Of a stretch of 63,913 bases of DNA, positions 42,041-55,805 are shown one piece after another. A program made the translations under genes and the position numbers. Location: assembly GCF_001194135.2 (NCBI RefSeq), contig NC_068994.1, positions 6,353,808 through 6,417,720 on the forward strand. Direction: 5' to 3'. This DNA comes from Octopus bimaculoides. Lineage: Eukaryota. Every line of letters begins with the position of its first letter. Within the stretch, counting starts at the first letter, position 1. The notes beneath the pieces were generated by a model. It worked only from the letters and a program-made list of their open reading frames with translations. It was not told the origin of the DNA and did not search any database.

Positions 42041-42258
42041 GTAAGTATTGACTCTTAGTTTACCGCCATCGTCTTCATCACCATCATCATCATGACTTGC
42101 TCCCTGCACTAAAATTACCGACCTTGTACCAAAACATCAACAACAACAAAAATTCCCAAATATGTTTTGTTCTCGAAAATGGGATCATGAAGGCCTGGAA
42201 ACTTCAAATACGTCAAATATAGAGTTAGAAACCCTACTGTTCCAAACTAACGGTAAAA

Positions 42259-42653
42259 GTTGTTGTTGGTGTTGGCACTCCGTCCCTTACGACGTCGAGG
42301 GCTCCAGTTGATCCGATCAACGGAACAGCCTGCTCGTGAAATTAACGTGCAAGTGGCTGAGCACTCCACAGACACTTATACCCTTAACGTAGTTCTCGGG
42401 GAGATTCAGCGTGACACAGAGTGTGACAAGGCTGACCCTTTGAATTACAGGCACAACAGATACAGGAAGAAAGAGTGAGAGAAAGTTGTGGTGAAAGAGT
42501 ACAGCAGGGTTCGCCACCATCCCCTGCCGGAGCCTCGTGGAGCTTTTAAGTGTTTTCGCTCAATAAACACTCACAACGCCCGGTCTGGGAATCGAAACCG
42601 CGATCCTATGACCGTGAGTCCGCTGCCCTAACCACTGGGCCATTGCGCCTCCA
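42259..42653 (-). mobile_element. SINE family C, full length, starting 219 nt downstream of the 42040 donor
   Basis: Near-identical to the other two copies; A/B boxes and (CAA)n tail present. Confidence 0.85.
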
Positions 42654-43531
42654 CGCACATAGATATATGCATGTATGTACACACACATATATGCATGCAT
42701 GTAAGACTGTGTTACTAGTGGGAACAGCTTGATTTCGGTGAATGTTGAAGTGAGGCCGAAACGCACGCCGAACTGCTGTGACAGACTCGTTATTCCTTAC
42801 TTAACTGTCGTAGACAAACACGCGATGCTCTACTGTCCACAACGCCATAGCTTCACCTGAAAAGCAAAGAAATAAAAAAAAGGCTAAGACACCACGAACG
42901 GAATGGTACCTGCCGGACATATGTACTTCCTCTAGGACTGAGTAATATCCATTTCAAAAACGTCCGCCCTCTCTTCCCCACCCTGTATGTTATTGCATAC
43001 ATTGTGTATATGCTATTATAGAAAACACAAACGCATACATAGACATACGTGACGCGCGTGTTTACAACGCCTTAATGTGCATTTATATCACACACACACA
43101 CACAGTATACATACATACGTACATACACACATACAAACTGACACGCGCGTAAGCACACACACACACACACACACACACATAGAAACGTCACCCCTCATCC
43201 CTCCATATTTTACCACCTCCAAGCTTCAAGTATCTGTTAGAGCTGTAAAGCCTTTACAGAAAATAAGCAACTGTATCGGTATTTAGTTTATCCAAGCCTC
43301 GTTTTCATTTCCCAACACCTTCCGCCATGCAAAACCAATGCTGTGAATTGCTGACGCGTTTTCAGCTTAATACTTCCATTTTTGTTTTGTTTTTATTTCT
43401 TTTATTTATTTATTCATTTATTTATTTTCCTTTTTCGTGCTCTTCTCACACGTTGACAGAGTCTTTATTGGGTTCTCTTTGGCATGGAATCAGCTCCGAT
43501 GTGTCAAAACGGGTGGCAATAATACTAATGC

Positions 43532-43590
<59 letters not shown>

Positions 43591-43963
43591 TTGTTTTAAG
43601 CCATTTATAAAGAGGCAATTATGTTTTATTTTCCTTTTTTTTAAAAAAAATATTCATTATTTCCTCTCATTCGTTGTTCCATCTTGATGTGTTTGTGTGT
43701 GTGGAGGGGAGGGTAAAGGCAGCTGGGTGGTGATGATGGTGGAGGTGTTAGTGCCGATGACGTGGTGAATGTGAGTAATTCTTTACAGCTGTTTCCGGGT
43801 TTTGGTGTCAGTGAGTGAAGTTATGAGCATTGTGTGAAATAGATTGGTGTCTGCGAATGTATATGAAATGACGCAAGTTTGAATTATATGAACAACTCAC
43901 CGCCTTAATAATACGGAAAATGTTGATGATGGTGATGATGATGAAGACAACGACGACGACAAC

Positions 43964-44018
<55 letters not shown>

Positions 44019-44311
44019 GATTGATTGATTGATTGAACGGCGATGGTTTTTCAGTCACTGTTTTGCAACATCAGTAGTGGCTGATTTCGTCTTAGCATGT
44101 AGTTGTCAATGGATACTTAGTACTGACGAAGCGCAAATAAACAGAAATACGTATTCAACATTGCCACAAATGCTAGTGGCTGATTTTTGTCTGTTACAGA
44201 TATATTTGTTTCTTTTAATCCTCTACGACTATAATAGATACTATCTTTAGGCGAATACCGCACTAAATAAATTTTTCAATGACGCATCTGCTGCCAGTAT
44301 GTTACAGACAT

Positions 44312-44353
<42 letters not shown>

Positions 44354-45316
44354 GCACACATATGCGGACTATCAATTTAATGTTTTATTCATACGTAAAA
44401 ACACATATGTACATACGTACATACATATATATGTGTGTGTGTGTGTGTGTGTNNNNNNNNNNNNNNNNNNNNNNNNNNNNNNNNNNNNNNNNNNNNNNNN
44501 NNNNNNNNNNNNNNNNNNNNNNNNNNNNNNNNNNNNNNNNNNNNNNNNNNNNNNNNNNNNNNNNNNNNNNNNNNNNNNNNNNNNNNNNNNNNNNNNNNNN
44601 NNNNNNNNNNNNNNNNNNNNNNNNNNNNNNNNNNNNNNNNNNNNNNNNNNNNNNNNNNNNNNNNNNNNNNNNNNNNNNNNNNNNNNNNNNNNNNNNNNNN
44701 NNNNNNNNNNNNNNNNNNNNNNNNNNNNNNNNNNNNNNNNNNNNNNNNNNNNNNNNNNNNNNNNNNNNNNNNNNNNNNNNNNNNNNNNNNNNNNNNNNNN
44801 NNNNNNNNNNNNNNNNNNNNNNNNNNNNNNNNNNNNNNNNNNNNNNNNNNNNNNNNNNNNNNNNNNNNNNNNNNNNNNNNNNNNNNNNNNNNNNNNNNNN
44901 NNNNNNNNNNNNNNNNNNNNNNNNNNNNNNNNNNNNNNNNNNNNNNNNNNNNNNNNNNNNNNNNNNNNNNNNNNNNNNNNNNNNNNNNNNNNNNNNNNNN
45001 NNNNNNNNNNNNNNNNNNNNNNNNNNNNNNNNNNNNNNNNNNNNNNNNNNNNNNNNNNNNNNNNNNNNNNNNNNNNNNNNNNNNNNNNNNNNNNNNNNNN
45101 NNNNNNNNNNNNNNNNNNNNNNNNNNNNNNNNNNNNNNNNNNNNNNNNNNNNNNNNNNNNNNNNNNNNNNNNNNNNNNNNNNNNNNNNNNNNNNNNNNNN
45201 NNNNNNNNNNNNNNNNNNNNNNNNNNNNNNNNNNNNNNNNNNNNNNNNNNNNNNNNNNNNNNNNNNNNNNNNNNNNNNNNNNNNNNNNNNNNNNNNNNNN
45301 NNNNNNNNNTATATAT

Positions 45317-45395
<79 letters not shown>

Positions 45396-45928
45396 CGCAA
45401 ACAGACAAACAGACGAACGGACAGATAGACAGACAGCCATAAATATACGTACAGACTGATTCGCAGACATAGATAGACGGAAGATCTTCAACCTCCGAGA
45501 AACTCACCCACAGCAAATTGTTACAAAACGTTGTAGATTAAATTTACTGTGTATGACAGCATGGAATTGATGGAGTTGTTGATTTTTGGCAGTGGTGGTG
45601 GTGCTGTTGTGGGGGGCGGGGTGTGTGCTTCTTGTACTTTATTGGTAATGCTGCTGGTCGTGTCTGCTATTGTGGTGATGACTTTTTGATCTTGTAGTGG
45701 TGGAGGCGGTGGGATAGTCCATTATAAATAACTCCGCACAAAACTACTTAATGCCTTTGTGGTTTTGAGGTGATTGAATAGACGTAAAATATGGTAATTT
45801 TTCTGTTAACCGTCGCACTTGTATTCCGTTCACACCATATTAAGGTTGACATGGAGAAAATTGAATCAGCCGAATAAATGAGAAACTTGCTGCTTTTCGA
45901 CATATGTCAATCCGAGAAATGGCGGCCG

Positions 45929-46018
<90 letters not shown>

Positions 46019-46332
46019 GATTATTATTATTATTATTATTATTATTATCATCATCATCATCATCATCGTCATCATCGTCATCATCATCATCGTCATCATC
46101 ATCATCATCATCATAATTGTTATTNNNNNNNNNNNNNNNNNNNNNNNNNNNNNNNNNNNNNNNNNNNNNNNNNNNNNNNNNNNNNNNNNNNNNNNNNNNN
46201 NNNNNNNNNNNNNNNNNNNNNNNNNNNNNNNNNNNNNNNNNNNNNNNNNNNNNNNNNNNNNNNNNNNNNNNNNNNNNNNNNNNNNNNNNNNNNNNNNNNN
46301 NNNNNNNNATTATTATTATTATTATTATTATT

Positions 46333-46445
<113 letters not shown>

Positions 46446-46465
46446 TATTATTATTATTATTATTT

Positions 46466-47115
46466 AAGGCGGCGAACGGGCAGAAACGTCGGCACGCCGG
46501 GCGAAATGCTTAGCGGTATTTCGTCTGTCTTTACGTTCTGAGTTCAAATTCCGCGGCGGTCGACTTTGCCTTTCATCCTTTCGGGATCGAAAAATTAAGT
46601 ACCAGTTGCGTGCTGAGGGTCATTCTAGTCGACTGGCTCCCTCCCCAAATATTTCGGGCATTGTGCCTAGAATAGAAAAGATTATTATTATTATTATTAT
46701 TATTGCTGTTGTTGTTGTTGTTATTATTTAAGTCGGCGAACTTTAACGCTCGGGAAGCACGTCGGGCTAAATGCTAAGCGGTATTTCGCCCGTCGCTGCG
46801 TTCTGAGTTCGAATGCCGCTGGGGTCGACGTAGCCTTCATCCCTTTCGGAGTTGATAAAATAAGCACCATTTGAATACTAGGATCGACGTAAGCCAGTTA
46901 CCCCGTCCACCCTCCCACCGAAATTGCTGATCGTGTGCCAAGATTTGAAACCGTTATTACTCAGGCAGCAATCTGCCAGAATCGTTAGCAAGCCGGACAA
47001 CATACTGAGCTTTATTTCTTCTGACTTCACGCTTGGGATCAAAATGTCACCGAAGCCGACCTTGCCTTTCATCCTTCGGGATCGATAAAATAAGTGCCAA
47101 GTCAAATACAGGGTA
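46466..47115 (+). mobile_element. Three head-to-tail family A SINEs of increasing divergence
   Basis: Heads at about 46466, 46728 and 46965, each followed by gcctt(t)catcc...gataaaa. Confidence 0.75.
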
Positions 47116-47164
47116 TGGGGGGTAATTGACCAGTCCCATCCGTGCAAAATACCTGAATTTGTGC

Positions 47165-47239
47165 CAAGAACTTTTCTTCGATTTCTTTGGTGCCCAATCT
47201 ATTATTATATGCCATTCAAAAGACTATAATCTTACATCT

Positions 47240-47311
<72 letters not shown>

Positions 47312-47452
47312 TGTGTCCTCTATAATCATATCTGATCTCCTCGCTTCAATAATATGGTCAGTCTTTATAAGGAAATCCCACAGAATCCTGTAATTATTAT
47401 TATTCGCTGTCACAACCGTTGGTTCGTGTTCATACCACTTTACTGTCACTTT
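47165..47452 (-). mobile_element. Dead non-LTR retrotransposon fragment, restriction-like endonuclease (RLE; R4/Dong/NeSL-type) region, split by a (GAAA)n microsatellite
   Basis: Minus strand [45 protein letters not shown][ERKK]n..RRCKIIVF*MAYNNRLGTKEIEEK matches the KWY.H.P...ILWDF.I.TD..I..RRPD...II...KE.EK pattern of RLE LINEs. Confidence 0.8.
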
Positions 47453-47496
47453 CACAGCTGGATGGATGAATGGGTGGATGGATGGATGGATGGATG

Positions 47497-47592
<96 letters not shown>

Positions 47593-47677
47593 TAGATAGA
47601 TAGATAGATAGATAGACAGGCAGGCAGACAGGCAGGCAGGCAGACAGATAGACAGATAGACAGACAGACAGACAGAC

Positions 47678-47716
<39 letters not shown>

Positions 47717-47779
47717 ATGAACGAAATCAAGACAGGAAAATTTAAAAAGGCAAAATAAACAAATAAATAAATAATAACA

Positions 47780-47813
<34 letters not shown>

Positions 47814-47896
47814 AGACGAAAAAAGGGAAAATGATGATGATGATGATGATGAACGAACGAACGAACGAACGAAAGAAAGAAAGAAAGAAAGAAATA

Positions 47897-47939
<43 letters not shown>

Positions 47940-49220
47940 GAAGAAAGAAACTCAAACCCCAAAGCGTGAGAGATCGAAAGCTGTTGGTGTGGAGAATTTT
48001 CAATATTTAACTCAAAGAAAATATGTGATGGGCAATTAGCCATTTTTGAGGCTGACAGAGCTAAATTTTAATAAGTTTCACAGAGATGTACTCTTCGCAG
48101 CTTCAAGCAGACGACCATTTTAAATGATTGCTTCCTGTTTTTCCTTTTTTATTTTTGTTTTCTTTTTGAATGGAGGGTGTCNNNNNNNNNNNNNNNNNNN
48201 NNNNNNNNNNNNNNNNNNNNNNNNNNNNNNNNNNNNNNNNNNNNNNNNNNNNNNNNNNNNNNNNNNNNNNNNNNNNNNNNNNNNNNNNNNNNNNNNNNNN
48301 NNNNNNNNNNNNNNNNNNNNNNNNNNNNNNNNNNNNNNNNNNNNNNNNNNNNNNNNNNNNNNNNNNNNNNNNNNNNNNNNNNNNNNNNNNNNNNNNNNNN
48401 NNNNNNNNNNNNNNNNNNNNNNNNNNNNNNNNNNNNNNNNNNNNNNNNNNNNNNNNNNNNNNNNNNNNNNNNNNNNNNNNNNNNNNNNNNNNNNNNNNNN
48501 NNNNNNNNNNNNNNNNNNNNNNNNNNNNNNNNNNNNNNNNNNNNNNNNNNNNNNNNNNNNNNNNNNNNNNNNNNNNNNNNNNNNNNNNNNNNNNNNNNNN
48601 NNNNNNNNNNNNNNNNNNNNNNNNNNNNNNNNNNNNNNNNNNNNNNNNNNNNNNNNNNNNNNNNNNNNNNNNNNNNNNNNNNNNNNNNNNNNNNNNNNNN
48701 NNNNNNNNNNNNNNNNNNNNNNNNNNNNNNNNNNNNNNNNNNNNNNNNNNNNNNNNNNNNNNNNNNNNNNNNNNNNNNNNNNNNNNNNNNNGTGTGTGTG
48801 TGTGTGTGTGTGCTTATGTGTGTGTGTGTGTATGTATGTGTGTGTGTATGTGTGTATGCGAATGTGTGCATGTGCGTATGTGTGTGCCTATGTGTTTGTG
48901 CGTATGCGTGAGAGAGGGAGAGAGAAAGTACACATGTGAAAGAGCGAAAGAGAATATATATATATATATACACACACACACATGCACGCACGCACACGCA
49001 AGGCTTTACTTTGGCCCGGGGCTACGGTAGAAGATACTTGCTCAAGATGCCACGCAGTGGGACTGAACCCAGAACCATGTGGTTGGTAAGCAAAATTCTT
49101 ATCATGCCTACTTTGCTTTTCACTATTTCTGGATCGATAAACAAAGTACCAGTCATGTACTAATGTCGAGGCTGACTTTAATTCTCTTTTCTTTCGTTTT
49201 TCTCTCTTTCTTCATCTCTC

Positions 49221-49273
<53 letters not shown>

Positions 49274-51157
49274 CTATCTTTCCTCCTCCCTCCTTCATTG
49301 ATTTCTGCGTTGCGCCGTAAGAAGAGCTATGGGGGAAACTACGTCCCTTGCACCCAAAAAGAGAAAAGGTACAACCAAACTTTTTTCATAGAAATAAAAA
49401 GAAGAAAAGAAAAAAATAGCATGGAACTGGAATCGCCAAAAGACGAACCGATGTTGCAATTACAGCGGGAAACGGTAAGAGGAAAAGATGAGACATGGCT
49501 AACATGATGGACACAGTCGAAGATAATCTACCATGGTGCCTAACACTTGGCAATTCTTAGTATTTCTATAGATACGAAGCAGGGCAGCTTGTTATCTGTA
49601 CTGGAAAATGTGTAGCCATTGAGAAGCAGCATCTACATAAATCTTGCGTGGAGAGGAAGATAAGAACTAACGGCCCGATATTTGCATCGGGGACGGATTT
49701 AAAACAATAATTTGTACATAACTGATCGATATGACAAGACCGACTTGTAAAAATAAATCTCAATAAAGAATGATGATATTCATTGACAAAACAAAAACCT
49801 GGATTTGGAGATAATGGTTTTTTTTTTTTAATGTTGCGGTTGGTGTTTATTTGCGCTTAACTAATCTGGAAGTAACCAAAAGGATTACTTGGATTGTTGT
49901 GTCGTTCGTACTTTATCGCTTATGTTTTACTTGTTTCAGTCGTTGGACTACGGCCACACTGGGGCACCGACACGAGGGGTTTTAGTCGAACAGATCGACC
50001 CTAGTCTCTCTTTATACATACACACGCTAATACACGACCTATGTTATATTCCCCACTCATGTTTATACAACGAAAGGGGCAAAACTAGCCGGTAAACAGC
50101 ACTTACTCGGTATTACCTGTATCTTTGGGTTTGGTTGAATCCAATACCCTTCATAACCTTTATATNNNNNNNNNNNNNNNNNNNNNNNNNNNNNNNNNNN
50201 NNNNNNNNNNNNNNNNNNNNNNNNNNNNNNNNNNNNNNNNNNNNNNNNNNNNNNNNNNNNNNNNNNNNNNNNNNNNNNNNNNNNNNNNNNNNNNNNNNNN
50301 NNNNNNNNNNNNNNNNNNNNNNNNNNNNNNNNNNNNNNNNNNNNNNNNNNNNNNNNNNNNNNNNNNNNNNNNNNNNNNNNNNNNNNNNNNNNNNNNNNNN
50401 NNNNNNNNNNNNNNNNNNNNNNNNNNNNNNNNNNNNNNNNNNNNNNNNNNNNNNNNNNNNNNNNNNNNNNNNNNNNNNNNNNNNNNNNNNNNNNNNNNNN
50501 NNNNNNNNNNNNNNNNNNNNNNNNNNNNNNNNNNNNNNNNNNNNNNNNNNNNNNNNNNNNNNNNNNNNNNNNNNNNNNNNNNNNNNNNNNNNNNNNNNNN
50601 NNNNNNNNNNNNNNNNNNNNNNNNNNNNTATATATATATATATATATATATATATGCAGTTGGAGCCTATTAAAAATGCATTGCTTGCTACACATCAAAC
50701 CAGCCAATCACCACCAACTGAACATTCCGGAGAGAAGTGACGACAGGGGATTATATATGTATGTACGTACGCCTGTATGTATGTATGTATGTATGTATTA
50801 CTGTCATGCAGCGTTTCTGTTATTGTTATTGTTATTGGGGGGTTTTTTTCGTTCGTATTTTTCGTGTGAATGCGGATATTAATGTCACCTTTTCTAAATC
50901 ACACGAAAATTTGCTCCGTGACATTGCGAAATATGACTGCACGAAACGTAATAAATATCTAATGAGAGCATTAAAGATATTCTTGCAAGGAATTTGGGTT
51001 AGCTTTTTCAATGGTTGAATTTTAAAACTATACCTTTACGTTGATGACTATAGACATGTATACAGAAGTATTTGGTAGTCGTTGTCGTTATAATTGACAT
51101 TACTCCTTTATGTGTATTTCAAGCATGATTGTGCTGGGCTTGGAAAATTGTTATTTA

Positions 51158-51330
51158 GGTGCAGGCGTGGGGTGGCGGTTGGAGGTAAGAAGTTTGCTTC
51201 TCAATCGCATAGTTCCGGGTTCGTTCCCACTGTGTGGTACACTGTGCAAGTGTCTTCCACTCTTAGTCCCCTGGATCGACCAAAGCCTTGTGAGTGGATT
51301 TGGTAAAGGGAAACTAAAAGAAGCCTGTTG
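51158..51330 (+). mobile_element. SINE family B, 5' half
   Basis: Aligns by eye to the head of the 10575 copy and continues to gaaactaaaagaagcc. Confidence 0.75.
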
Positions 51331-51605
51331 TATGTAATCATGAATATATCTGTGTAGGTGTGCGTCTGTGTGTGTGGTACGTGTGTGTGTAAGTGCGTGT
51401 GTATATGTGTGTGTGAGTGCGTGTGTATATGTGTGTGTATGTGTGTGTGTGTGTGTGTGTGTCTGTGTGTGTTGTGTGGTGTGGTGTGTGTGAGTGCGTC
51501 TGTATATGTGTGCATGTGTGTGTGTGTGCGTGTGTATATGTATGTGTGTGCCAGGGGAAGGAAGAACAAGCAGGTGGATTAGTTTAACGCTCAGGAAGAA
51601 TGGAA

Positions 51606-51632
51606 GTCTTTGACGTTTCAAGCCTACGCTCT

Positions 51633-51634
<2 letters not shown>
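51606..51634 (-). ncRNA. Truncated/degenerate hammerhead 3' half (Penelope-like remnant)
   Basis: Minus strand GAA-GAGC-GTAG-GCTT-GAAA-CGTC. Helix II resembles that of the 63448 motif and the helix III ACGT palindrome is present, but the CTGA of the core is replaced by a (CA)n tract. Confidence 0.4.
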
Positions 51635-51667
<33 letters not shown>

Positions 51668-51680
51668 CATATACATACAC

Positions 51681-51791
51681 ACGATGGGCTTCTTTCACTT
51701 TCCGTCAACTAAATCCGCTCACAAATCTTTGGTCAGCCCGGGTCTATACTAGAAAACATTTGCTCAAGGTGCCACGCAGTGAGACCGACCC
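51681..51791 (-). mobile_element. SINE family B, 5' half, inverted relative to the 51158 copy
   Basis: gggcttctttcactttccgtc...ctcaaggtgccacgcagtg is the reverse complement of the family B body. Confidence 0.75.
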
Positions 51792-52414
51792 CATAACTAA
51801 GTGGCCTGGAATCAAAGAGATTCAGTTGTTCTTTTTAACCGTTAAGTACTTTCAATCTGCTCTCATCTTGCATTCAACTAACACCACTTATAAAAAACAA
51901 AACTAAACACGGTTGACGAGGGACGTTTCTTTAAATTCTGAGTTCAAAACCTGCCATAATCAACTTTACCTTTCATCGTTCCAATTTCAATCTAATTTCA
52001 ATGATAAAGTACCGGCTAAATACTGGGGTCGACCTTATAGACATTTTTTCCTTTCTTTTTCTTTTTGTCCTTCCCAACGAATTTGTGATTCTATGGCAAT
52101 GATAAAAATCAATATTTTCATGCTTTAAGACTCTAATATTTTCCCAATAATCCACCACTCTGTTATTCTCCTATTCTATTATTCCGATATTTTACTATTC
52201 CACTGGTTTACGCAGACGAGTTTGATTTGTTCGTTTCTTGGTCTTGTATTATAATTCCATTCACATCGAGGATGCTTTATAGGAATATTAAATAGACTTC
52301 AGTACTTGATTGGTACTTGAGCTCAGCTTTCTTGTAACATCGAATGGAACTAGAAACAGCATCATAGAGCTGCTGCCGATGTTTCTTCTGTTATTGCTGT
52401 TGCATGAATATTTA

Positions 52415-52653
52415 TGTATAAGCTGTTGAAAAATGACTCGGCAAAACAAGATCTCAGACGCGGAGGCTCCCCCCTTGAACTGACCTGCCAAGCATTTATA
52501 AATTGAGGAGAGCGCTGGTCAGGTGGGCAAGCCACTTTGTTCGAATGCCTGACACGCGGCTCCCCGAGAGACTTTTACTGCGAACTGGCGGAAAGGAAGC
52601 TTGCCCATGGTGGACAAAAAAGGCGTTTCAAGAATATATCCAAAGCCTCACTG
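52415..52653 (+). mobile_element. Degenerate RTE-clade LINE fragment (RT C-terminus)
   Basis: With frameshifts: QNKISDAE...LPSIY...RRALVRWASHFVRMPDTRLPERL...ELAERKLAHGGQKRRFKNISKASL, the RTE/BovB-like RWAGHVVRMPD.RLPK...GGQKKRFKD.LKASL pattern. No 3' tail. Confidence 0.8.
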
Positions 52654-52797
52654 GAATAAATAAACTTGTTTCGCGTTGGCAAAAGTGTATTGATTCTGAT
52701 GGTGTTTATTTCGATTAATAAAGTTTTGTTTGAGCCGAGATATGTGCATCTAAATTTAAAGGTTAAGAACCGCAAGAACTTTCTCGACAACCTAATA
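52652..52797 (+). mobile_element. Mariner 3' end with terminal inverted repeat and TA
   Basis: GINKLVSRWQKCIDSDGVYFD* is a mariner transposase C-terminus. It ends aaccgcaagaactttctcgacaacctaa-TA, whose reverse complement TA-ttaggttgtcgagaaagttcttgcggtt resembles mariner TIRs. Confidence 0.85.
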
Positions 52798-53194
52798 GAT
52801 ATTTTTGTTTGTCTGCAGTTACTAGTATGACATCATATTTATATTTCCATTTGAACTTTTATCAAAATATATATTATTTTATTTACATGTTTACCGTTGT
52901 AAAAGTGCTTATACTCTCATACACGTATATATATATATATATATANNNNNNNNNNNNNNNNNNNNNNNNNNNNNNNNNNNNNNNNNNNNNNNNNNNNNNN
53001 NNNNNNNNNNNNNNNNNNNNNNNNNNNNNNNNNNNNNNNNNNNNNNNNNNNNNNNNNNNNNNNNNNNNNNNNNNNNNNNNNNNNNNNNNNNNNNNNNNNN
53101 NNNCCAACAGAAACGAAAACGAATTAAAATAACCATACATCTAAATATACAAAGATGGCGGCTTAAATATGAGTAAAAACGGACGGCAACACAG

Positions 53195-53232
<38 letters not shown>

Positions 53233-53632
53233 CTGTGCGTGCGTGACTCTGTGTGTATGTGTGTTTGTGTTTTTGTGTGTGGGAGGAAACTTTACAACTG
53301 AATGTTTCTTTGCTCGTGTTTCTTTATGTGTACATGAAGGGAAAGAGAGAGAGAGGGGGAGAGGGAAGGAGGAATAGAGTGAGAGAGAGAGAGAGAGAGA
53401 GTGCGCGTGTGTGTATAGTGTGTAGTGTCTGTGTGTCTGTGTGTGTGTGTGTGTATAAAAATGAACAAAAATGTGTTAAAACTAACAATTTCGTGAAATC
53501 TTATTTTAAAGTATTTTTTGAGGAAGACTCATGGAACAAAGTATGTAGTGACGTAGATAATAGCGTAAATTATTATTATTATCATCATTATTATTATTGT
53601 TATCATTATTATTATTATCATTATTATTATTA

Positions 53633-53697
<65 letters not shown>

Positions 53698-53751
53698 GAA
53701 TTTAAAACATTCTAAGGAATATGTCTGTATATGTATGTGTGTGTATGTATG

Positions 53752-53784
<33 letters not shown>

Positions 53785-54594
53785 GTGTGTGTATGTAAGC
53801 TCGTCGAAACGCCGGTGTTAAAACGTGGGTAGCTGAAGAAGTAGAATGTTCTCTATGTGGCTCGTGTGTTCTCGTCTACGTTTGTGTGCAATGTCCTGTA
53901 CCCAGATATGCACCTATACATACAGGTGGATGTCGGTATGCACATACCTGTACGTATATATGCATATACTCATTTACTTTTGTTTATACATTTATGTATA
54001 TGTTTGTATGCAAAGAGGAGAGATCATGTCCACGTCTTGTGTGTGAATTTTCCGTATGTTCCTTTGTTGTCTTTCTGTGCAAGTTTTGTGTGTGTGTGTG
54101 CGCGTGCGCGCGCGCGTGTGTGTGTGTGTGTGTATTAATGCTAAAACAGAATTTTGCTGCAGCCTTGGTCAGCCTTGCACGTGATCAGTTCATGCATTGG
54201 TACTGATTTCCCATAAGGAATTGAACGACGACTCCTGGAGTCATTTCAGACGAAGAGTCATTTTAGAGTTCTCTTTCTCTCTCTCTCTCTCTCTGCCGGG
54301 TATACGGTGCCTGACGGTTTCTTGCCAAGTGGCTAAAAATACATTCACCGTTCCGCCAGAACCGATCACCGTTATCGATTACGAAAAAAGAGCAACCGAG
54401 ATCAGATATTCACGTTGGAATCTTCCAGAACATCAGTGATATCCTTTTGTTGAGTCCCAGACTCATAAAGTCGGTTCCTCGGTTTCCATGCTATATAAAG
54501 TGATCGACATTACAATATTCCAATTGGACGGGGCGCCGATCAGTTGCAGAGTTCAAAACCCAGTAATTTTGAGGAAAGAGAACAAGCAGATTCC

Positions 54595-54955
54595 TTCGAG
54601 ACCAGTGCTTGACTGGTACTTTCTTTTATCAATCCCGAAAGAATGAAAGACAAATTTGGTCATAGAGAACCGGAAGAAATGCTGCTAAGCATTTTGTCCG
54701 GCGTGCCAACGATTCTGCCAGCTAGCCGTCCTTTTAACAATGGGTTTCAAATTTTGAAAGAAAGCCAGCAAACTCAGGGATGGGTGTATGTCTACTACAT
54801 CAATCGCAATGCTCAGCTGGTATTTATTTTGTTGACCTCGAAAGAATGAAAGGTAAAGATGACCTCAGCGTAATTTGAACTGAGAACGTAAAAACGGACG
54901 AAATACCGCTAAGCATTTTGTCCGACGCGCTAACGACCCTGCCCAGTTTGCCATC
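54595..54955 (-). mobile_element. Two family A SINE copies
   Basis: Two reverse-complement matches: ctggtac...gaaagaatgaaag...gctaagcattttgtcc. Confidence 0.7.
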
Positions 54956-55429
54956 CTCTAAATACCGAATAGCTCATAATAGTTTCTCTCAAACATTAGT
55001 ACCCCGTACGTAATTTATTTCTAGTCGTTTTCAGTCTCATTTATGCTTTTCTAGTCACAATTCATCTCGTTTCTAAAATAATTTTCCCCACACTGCATTT
55101 TTTAAAAAAATTCTATTTCTATCTGCAAAGAAATTTCCTATTAAAGTTTCTTTAATTCTCGTTTCTCTTTCTTTCTAAGTTATTTAACTTTAATTTATTG
55201 TTTTTATACATAGAACTCAATTTCACACACTCTGCCTACTTCTTTTTACTCCACCGACTTTTTTCTCATTTTCTTCTTGTCTGCCAACCACGTAACTCTT
55301 CCTTGTTTGTAACGAATTTTTCAAACACTCTCTCTCTGTAATAAAAAAAAAATGTTAACCCTCTTTTATATATACATACATACATACATAGACACGCAGA
55401 CACACACACACACATACGTGCATACATAT

Positions 55430-55744
55430 ATACATACATAAATACATACATACATACATACATACATAGACACCAACACATACGTGCAACACACATACGT
55501 ACATACATACATACATGCATACATGCATACATACATGCATGCATACATACATACATGCACATATCGATACGTACCGCCAAATTATCTTCTATATACACAT
55601 ACATAAATACATACATACATACATACATACATAGACACCAACGCATACGTGCAACACACATACGTACGTACATACATACATACATACATGCATGCATGCA
55701 TACATACATACATACATACATACATACATACATACAAACATACA

Positions 55745-55775
<31 letters not shown>

Positions 55776-55805
55776 CGATACGTACCGCCAAATTATCTTC
55801 TATAT
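55430..55805. repeat. Tandem duplication (about 165-210 bp units) within (CATA)n
   Basis: atatcgatacgtaccgccaaattatcttctatat at 55561 and 55772; tagacaccaac(a/g)catacgtgcaacacacatacgtac at 55467 and 55632. Confidence 0.85.

Noticed and set aside
53796-53845. tcgtcGAAAcgccggtgtt...gCTGAAGAag as a type II hammerhead
   Set aside because: Helices I and II do not pair; at best a decayed Penelope-like remnant.
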